A DNA stretch of 64,000 nucleotides from Rhodospirillales bacterium RIFCSPLOWO2_02_FULL_58_16 (GTDB lineage Bacteria; Pseudomonadota; Alphaproteobacteria; Rhodospirillales; 2-02-FULL-58-16): the NCBI GenBank assembly GCA_001830425.1, contig MIAA01000016.1, positions 236,015 through 300,014 on the forward strand. The letters run 5' to 3'. Both the position numbers and the translations under genes were made by a program. Within the stretch, counting starts at the first letter, position 1. Each line of letters begins with the position of its first letter. Shown piece after piece: positions 59,041 to 64,000 of the stretch. The notes beneath the pieces are model-generated. The model did not search any database, was not told the DNA's origin, and worked only from the letters and a program-made list of their open reading frames with translations.

Positions 59041-60075
59041 ATGAAAAAAGCGAAACAAGCCATTCGCGCCGAAGCATCGGCGCTGGGCTTTGACGCCGTG
59101 GCCTTTTGCGCCGCCGTCGATGCGCCCGACGACGAGGCTAACCGCCGCCATTTGAAGGCTTATCTGGCGCGAGGAAATCACGGCTCGATGGAGTGGATGG
59201 CCGAAACCGCCGGGCGTCGCTCAACGCCGACCGCCTTGTGGCCGGAGGCGCAGAACATCATTGTGCTGGGGGTTAATTACGGACCTGAAGGCGATCCCCG
59301 GCAGGCCCATGGCGATCCGGCCAAGGGCGCGGTCAGCGTTTACGCCCAAGGGCATGAATATCAGGACGTTATCAAGAAACGTCTCAAGCATCTGGCTCGT
59401 TGGATGGTCAAGACCTACGCCTGCCAAGTCAAGGTGTTCGTCGATACGGCGCCGGTAATGGAGAAGCCGTTGGCGGCGCGGGCCGGTCTGGGCTGGCAAG
59501 GCAAACACACCTGTCTGGTCTCGCCTGAGTTCGGCTCATGGCTGTTCCTTGCCGAGATATTCACCACTCTCGAACTGGAGCCGGACAAGGCGGGGGTTGA
59601 TCGGTGCGGTTCGTGTCGGGCCTGCATCGACGCCTGTCCCACCGGCGCCCTTTACGAGCCGTATCGTTTGGATGCCCGACGCTGCATCTCCTGCCTGACT
59701 ATCGAACATAAGGACTCCATCGATCTCGAATTGGCGGCAAGGATGGGCAATCGCGTCTTCGGTTGCGACGACTGTCTGGCGGCGTGTCCGTGGAACAAGT
59801 TCGCTACGCCGACCGGAGAGGGAAAATTTCAGCCCAGGGAGGGCGCCGCCGACCTCTCTCTGGCCGAGTTGGCGACGCTGGATGACGCCGCCTTCCGTCG
59901 TCGCTTCGCTAAAAGCCCCCTCAAGCGCACCGGCCGGGACCGGATGGTACGCAACGCCCTGATCGCCGTCGGCAACAGCGGCGACCCTTCTCTTGCCAAG
60001 ATTGCCGAGAAGTTGCTGAATGACGATTCAGCCCTGGTGCGCGAGGCGGCCGAACGGGCGCTGGAACGATTTTAA
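59041..60075 (+). CDS. queG: epoxyqueuosine reductase
   Basis: Two ferredoxin-type Cys clusters ([23 protein letters not shown]) and C-terminal HEAT-like repeats. Confidence 0.92.
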   Translation: MKKAKQAIRAEASALGFDAVAFCAAVDAPDDEANRRHLKAYLARGNHGSMEWMAETAGRRSTPTALWPEAQNIIVLGVNYGPEGDPRQAHGDPAKGAVSVYAQGHEYQDVIKKRLKHLARWMVKTYACQVKVFVDTAPVMEKPLAARAGLGWQGKHTCLVSPEFGSWLFLAEIFTTLELEPDKAGVDRCGSCRACIDACPTGALYEPYRLDARRCISCLTIEHKDSIDLELAARMGNRVFGCDDCLAACPWNKFATPTGEGKFQPREGAADLSLAELATLDDAAFRRRFAKSPLKRTGRDRMVRNALIAVGNSGDPSLAKIAEKLLNDDSALVREAAERALERF

Positions 60076-62042
60076 TGTTTTTCGGCTTTGTCGGCGTGTC
60101 GGGTAAGAAATTTCTGTGCGCCGTGCTTGCGTCCGGTGCGCGTTCCCTCGCCGCCGTCGCCGCCTGTGCCCTTGGGCTGCCATGCGGGGACCAGATGTTT
60201 CTTGCCGGGTCCGATCAAGTCCTGACGGCCCATTTTTTTCAGCGACTCCCGAATCTGCGGCCAGTTTTCAGCGTCGTGATAGCGTAGGAAAGCCTTGTGC
60301 AATCGGCGCTGTTTTAATCCTTTGGCGGTCTTTACCTCTTCGCCGGCGTTGCGGCGCACCGGCTTGAGCGGGTTGCGCCCGGAATAATACATGGCGGTGG
60401 CCAGACTCATGGGCGAGGGCAGAAAGGTCTGCACCTGATCGGCGCGCAGGTTGTTGTTCTTCAACCACATGGCCAGATTCATCATGTCTTCGTCGGTCGT
60501 GCCGGGGTGGGCGGCGATGAAGTACGGGATCAGGTAGTACTCCTTGCCGGCTTTCTTCGCCGCCTGATCGAACATTCTCTTGAAGCGGTCGTAAGCGCCG
60601 ATGCCCGGCTTCATCATTTTGGACAACGGACCCGGCTCGGTATGTTCCGGGGCGATTTTCAGGTAGCCGCCGACATGGTGAGTGACCAGTTCCTTGACAT
60701 AGGCGGGGCTTTCCGCCGCCAGATCGTAGCGTAACCCGGACGCTATATGCACCTTTTTGACGCCGTCAACGGCGCGGGCTTTTCGGTAAAGTTCGATAAG
60801 CGGGCCGTGGTCGATGTCCAGATTACGGCAAATGACCGGATAAACGCACGACAAGCGGCGGCATACGGCCTGGATATCGTCGTCCTTGCAGGCCATACGG
60901 TACATATTGGCCGTCGGCCCGCCGAGGTCCGAGATATGGCCGGTGAAACCTTCCACCTTGTCGCGGATGTCTTTTATTTCCTTGATGATCGAGTCCGGCG
61001 AACGGTTTTGAACGACGCGGCCTTCGTGTTCGGTGATGGAGCAGAACGTACAGCCGCCGAAACAGCCGCGCATGATGTTGACGGAAAAACGGATCATCTC
61101 CCATGCCGGGATGCGCCTTCCGGCATATGCCGGGTGCGGCGCACGGGCATAGGGCAGGTCGTAAACGCCGTCCATCTCCGGCGTCGTCAGGGGAATGGGC
61201 GGCTGGGTGAGCCATATCTCCCGCCCGCCCTGATTCTGAATCAACGCATGGGCGTTGCCGGCGTTGCTTTCCTGATGCAGGATGCGCGACGCATGGGCAT
61301 ACAGCTCAGGTTTTGCCGTCACTTCGTCGTAACCCGGCAGGCGAATCACGGCGGCGCATTCCGCGCCGTTCATTGAATTGCAGGCAAAGGCGACGCCGCG
61401 AATGTCGCGCATATTCTTCGGCGCGATTCCCTTGGCCGTTCTGTGTGCGATTTCGACTATGGCGCGCTCGGCGTTGCCGTAAACCAGCAGGTCGGCCTTG
61501 CTGTCGATCAGGATGGAGCGCCGCACTTTATCCGACCAGTAGTCATAATGGGCGACGCGGCGCAGCGACGCCTCGATCCCGCCGATGACGATGGGGACAT
61601 CGTGAAAAGCCTCGCGGCAACGCTGGGCGTAGACGATGACGGCGCGATCCGGGCGCTTGCCGCCCTCATCTTCCGGCGTATAGCTGTCGTTGTGGCGCAG
61701 ACGGCGGTCGGCGGTGTAGCGATTGACCATCGAATCCATGTTGCCGGAGGTCACGCCCCACATCAGGTTGGGCGGTCCCAGCGTCGTGAAGGCCTCGGCG
61801 TTCGACCAGTCGGGCTGGGCGATAATGCCGACGCGAAACCCCTGGGCTTCCAGCAAACGGCCGATGATGGCCATGCCGAAGCTGGGGTGATCGACGTAGG
61901 CGTCGCCGGTCACCAGGATGATGTCGCATGAATCCCAGCCCAGCCTGTCCATCTCGTCCCGCGACATGGGCAAAAACGGCGCAACGCCGAAACGCCGCGC
62001 CCAATAAGGGCGATAGCCGAAAAGATTCTTCGCCTTGATCAT
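60072..62042 (-). CDS. YgiQ-family radical SAM protein (UPF0313)
   Basis: 656 aa, with '[13 protein letters not shown]' and the basic C-terminal tail typical of YgiQ. Confidence 0.9.
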   Translation of the reverse strand: MIKAKNLFGYRPYWARRFGVAPFLPMSRDEMDRLGWDSCDIILVTGDAYVDHPSFGMAIIGRLLEAQGFRVGIIAQPDWSNAEAFTTLGPPNLMWGVTSGNMDSMVNRYTADRRLRHNDSYTPEDEGGKRPDRAVIVYAQRCREAFHDVPIVIGGIEASLRRVAHYDYWSDKVRRSILIDSKADLLVYGNAERAIVEIAHRTAKGIAPKNMRDIRGVAFACNSMNGAECAAVIRLPGYDEVTAKPELYAHASRILHQESNAGNAHALIQNQGGREIWLTQPPIPLTTPEMDGVYDLPYARAPHPAYAGRRIPAWEMIRFSVNIMRGCFGGCTFCSITEHEGRVVQNRSPDSIIKEIKDIRDKVEGFTGHISDLGGPTANMYRMACKDDDIQAVCRRLSCVYPVICRNLDIDHGPLIELYRKARAVDGVKKVHIASGLRYDLAAESPAYVKELVTHHVGGYLKIAPEHTEPGPLSKMMKPGIGAYDRFKRMFDQAAKKAGKEYYLIPYFIAAHPGTTDEDMMNLAMWLKNNNLRADQVQTFLPSPMSLATAMYYSGRNPLKPVRRNAGEEVKTAKGLKQRRLHKAFLRYHDAENWPQIRESLKKMGRQDLIGPGKKHLVPAWQPKGTGGDGGEGTRTGRKHGAQKFLTRHADKAEKH

Positions 62043-62057
62043 GCCGGACGCCGCGAC

Positions 62058-63062
62058 TTATGAACCATCACCTCTGTTCTCGACGATATATTCGGCCCAG
62101 GCGGCCATGCCGGTGACGCCGGCGTCGCCGCCCAGTTCGGCGACGGCGACCTTGAAGATTCCCTCCATGGATGACATGACGCGGGCCTTGATGGCGGATT
62201 CGATTTCGGAGCGGAAGATGTCGGGCATCGCCTCGACCAATCCGCCGCCGAGCAGCACCACGTCCGGGGCCAGCAGATTGACAACCCCGGCCATGCTCCA
62301 TCCGATGCGCCGCGCCGCCTCGCGGACGATGCGCTCGACAGCCGCGTCCCCGGCCCTTATGGAAGCGGCGATGGCGCCGCTGCGGATGTCATTCATGTCG
62401 CCGTCGGCGGCTTCCATCAGGCGCGGAGCCTCGCCCCGGCGGGCGGCGGCGGCGCAGGCGGCGGCAATAGCCGGACGGGCGGCGTAGGTCTCCAGGCAGC
62501 CGCGCCGCCCACAGCCGCAAAGCGGGCCGTCGGCGGTCACCGGCAGGTGGCCGATTTCCATGCATGATCCGATCTTGCCGCGAATGATCGACCCTTCGTA
62601 GACGCAACCGCCGCCGATGCCGGTTCCGGGGAAGACGCCGACCACGCAACGCGCCCCCCTGGCGGCGCCGAAGCGGTATTCGCCGTAGACCCCGGCGTCC
62701 ACGTCATTGGCGATGACGACGGGACAATTAAAGGCGGCGCGGATGACCTTTGCGACGGGGACATTTTTCCATCCCATGTTGGGAGTTTCGAGCACTATGC
62801 CGCGATCCAGGTCGAGCGGCCCCGGACAGCCGATGCCGATTCCGGCCAACCGGTCGGGGGCGACTCCGGCGTCGACGAGGGCCTCGTTGATGGTCTTGAT
62901 CATGCGCTGCAAGCCGGCTTCGGCGCCGATATGGGCTTTGGTCTTTTTGCGTTTCCGGCCCTTGACGACGAAATCGTTGCCGTAGACGCAGGCCAGCATC
63001 TTGGTGCCGCCAAGATCAAAACCGATCCAGTGGTCTTTCTTTTTCGCCGCCGCCATGGGCAT
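62058..63062 (-). CDS. ROK-family sugar kinase
   Basis: 'IGFDLGGTK', 'ANDVDAG..GE' and the Zn motif 'H......GP.CGCG..GCLE'. Confidence 0.88.
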   Translation of the reverse strand: MPMAAAKKKDHWIGFDLGGTKMLACVYGNDFVVKGRKRKKTKAHIGAEAGLQRMIKTINEALVDAGVAPDRLAGIGIGCPGPLDLDRGIVLETPNMGWKNVPVAKVIRAAFNCPVVIANDVDAGVYGEYRFGAARGARCVVGVFPGTGIGGGCVYEGSIIRGKIGSCMEIGHLPVTADGPLCGCGRRGCLETYAARPAIAAACAAAARRGEAPRLMEAADGDMNDIRSGAIAASIRAGDAAVERIVREAARRIGWSMAGVVNLLAPDVVLLGGGLVEAMPDIFRSEIESAIKARVMSSMEGIFKVAVAELGGDAGVTGMAAWAEYIVENRGDGS

Positions 63063-63070
63063 AGGCCTTG

Positions 63071-63649
63071 TTACTTTACGGCCAGTATGCCGAAGGCTCT
63101 TTCCGCTCCGCCGGAGCCGACGGCGATATCTTCCTGGAAAAAGAATTTATTTTTCGGGTCGGGCATTGCCGGGGACAGGGCAAGACTGTCCGGGTAGGCG
63201 TCGCCGAAAACGATGGGATCATCGGTAAAATAATAGCCGCCCGGCTCGACGGTCACCAGCCTGATCTCCGCCGTTTTGAGAGGGGCGATGTTGACGGCGC
63301 CGGGGCAGTTTCCGGCAACCTCCTTGCCGTCATGAGACACCTTGGCCACGGCGACCGAGCTGAATAACTCCCTGGCCCTGAAGCCGCGAAGGGTTTCATC
63401 CTTGTTGGCAACGCGCACGATGTAGGGTTTGTTGACGGCCAGGTTGGTTATCAACGGCGTATATCTGCCGTTGCGGTAGGTTATGTGAACGGCCTCGGCC
63501 TTGCTCCAATCTACCCCTTTAAGGTATGTGCCGCTGTTGGCCAGACAGGCCGTAGGCATGGGATTGGCGATCACTCCCTCCTCGGCGGCGCAGGCGGCCA
63601 GCGCCGCCATCCCTGCGGCAAGAAATACCGAACGCCGGGTTATTGTCAT
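63071..63649 (-). CDS. hypothetical Tat-signal lipoprotein
   Basis: 'TRRSVFLAAGMAALAAC' combines a twin-arginine motif and a lipobox. GGAGGA lies upstream of the ATG at 63649. Confidence 0.6.
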   Translation of the reverse strand: MTITRRSVFLAAGMAALAACAAEEGVIANPMPTACLANSGTYLKGVDWSKAEAVHITYRNGRYTPLITNLAVNKPYIVRVANKDETLRGFRARELFSSVAVAKVSHDGKEVAGNCPGAVNIAPLKTAEIRLVTVEPGGYYFTDDPIVFGDAYPDSLALSPAMPDPKNKFFFQEDIAVGSGGAERAFGILAVK

Positions 63650-63803
63650 TTTATCCTCCATGGCGACAGGCAAGGCTCTCAAGGCAGACGCCGACTATAC
63701 CGGATCGTGTATGACAGCCAAGAGAAAACATGCCCTCGTATTGCTAAGACGAGAGGCGGCGGGTAAAGTGATCAAGCAAAAATAGACAGGGGGGGGGTTA
63801 ATT

Positions 63804-64000
63804 ATGGCCGGCTTTATCGACATTCTTATCGCCCATCATCAAAAGAACAAGGTCAGGGCGCGCAAGCTGCCTATTCTCAAAGCGAGCATGGCGGCGGCGG
63901 CGATAGTGGCGGTTGCCGACGGCGAGGCAAGTCGCCGCGAGAGCCTTCGTGTCCAACGGCTGATAAAAATTCTGGATACGTTGAGTATCTACAATACCGA
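63804..64000 (+). CDS. TerB-like protein, N-terminal part (runs off the window)
   Basis: My own translation is MAGFIDILIAHHQKNKVRARKLPILKASMAAAAIVAVADGEASRRESLRVQRLIKIL... The 'A..VA.ADGE.S..E' pattern resembles the TerB family. Confidence 0.5.
   Translation, partial: MAGFIDILIAHHQKNKVRARKLPILKASMAAAAIVAVADGEASRRESLRVQRLIKILDTLSIYNT

Overview
This is a GC-rich, densely coding chromosomal segment that looks alphaproteobacterial, probably Rhodospirillales-like. Supporting marks are a Mic60-like gene between hemD and a hemY-like gene, a ChpT-type phosphotransferase, hrcA-grpE plus dnaK-dnaJ, and metZ. Most of the window is housekeeping: pgk, nth, dapB, the heat-shock genes, rph, rdgB, hemW, rsmI, yraN, gshB, gpsA, tsaD, hemC, hemD, xerD, aroK, aroB, metZ, queDEC, queG and a YgiQ-family gene.

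Five regions look non-routine:
1. A seven-gene minus-strand TonB-dependent uptake operon (50.5-56.7 kb). It has its own TonB-ExbB-ExbD, and a Cys/His-rich Asp-box propeller and a thioredoxin-fold protein sit between the receptor and TonB.
2. A lower-GC islet ending at tRNA-Thr(CGU) (30.7-35.0 kb). It carries a DUF1778/GNAT toxin-antitoxin pair whose toxin stop may overlap the start of a FemAB-like gene (start ambiguous), followed by a polysaccharide deacetylase and a convergent DegT-like aminotransferase.
3. A chemosensory cluster (35.5-42.0 kb) with no separate cheW or MCP gene. Its CheA carries two CheW-like domains and a receiver, and it is preceded by a ChpT-like phosphotransferase that overlaps a peroxiredoxin with a lysine-rich N-terminal extension.
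4. An MCP-like protein with a degenerate signalling tip (1.9-4.0 kb).
5. Several nested palindromic or MITE-like intergenic elements (9.1, 11.9 and 18.6 kb).

I found two coding regions that are absent from the ORF track. One is a BAX-inhibitor/YccA-family gene truncated at the left edge (1-614, minus). The other is a 46-aa membrane ORF (44832-44972, minus).

I saw no rRNA genes, CRISPR arrays, transposases or phage integrases. All family calls come from reading the translated sequences. Start codons are judgement calls, and nothing here was checked against a database.
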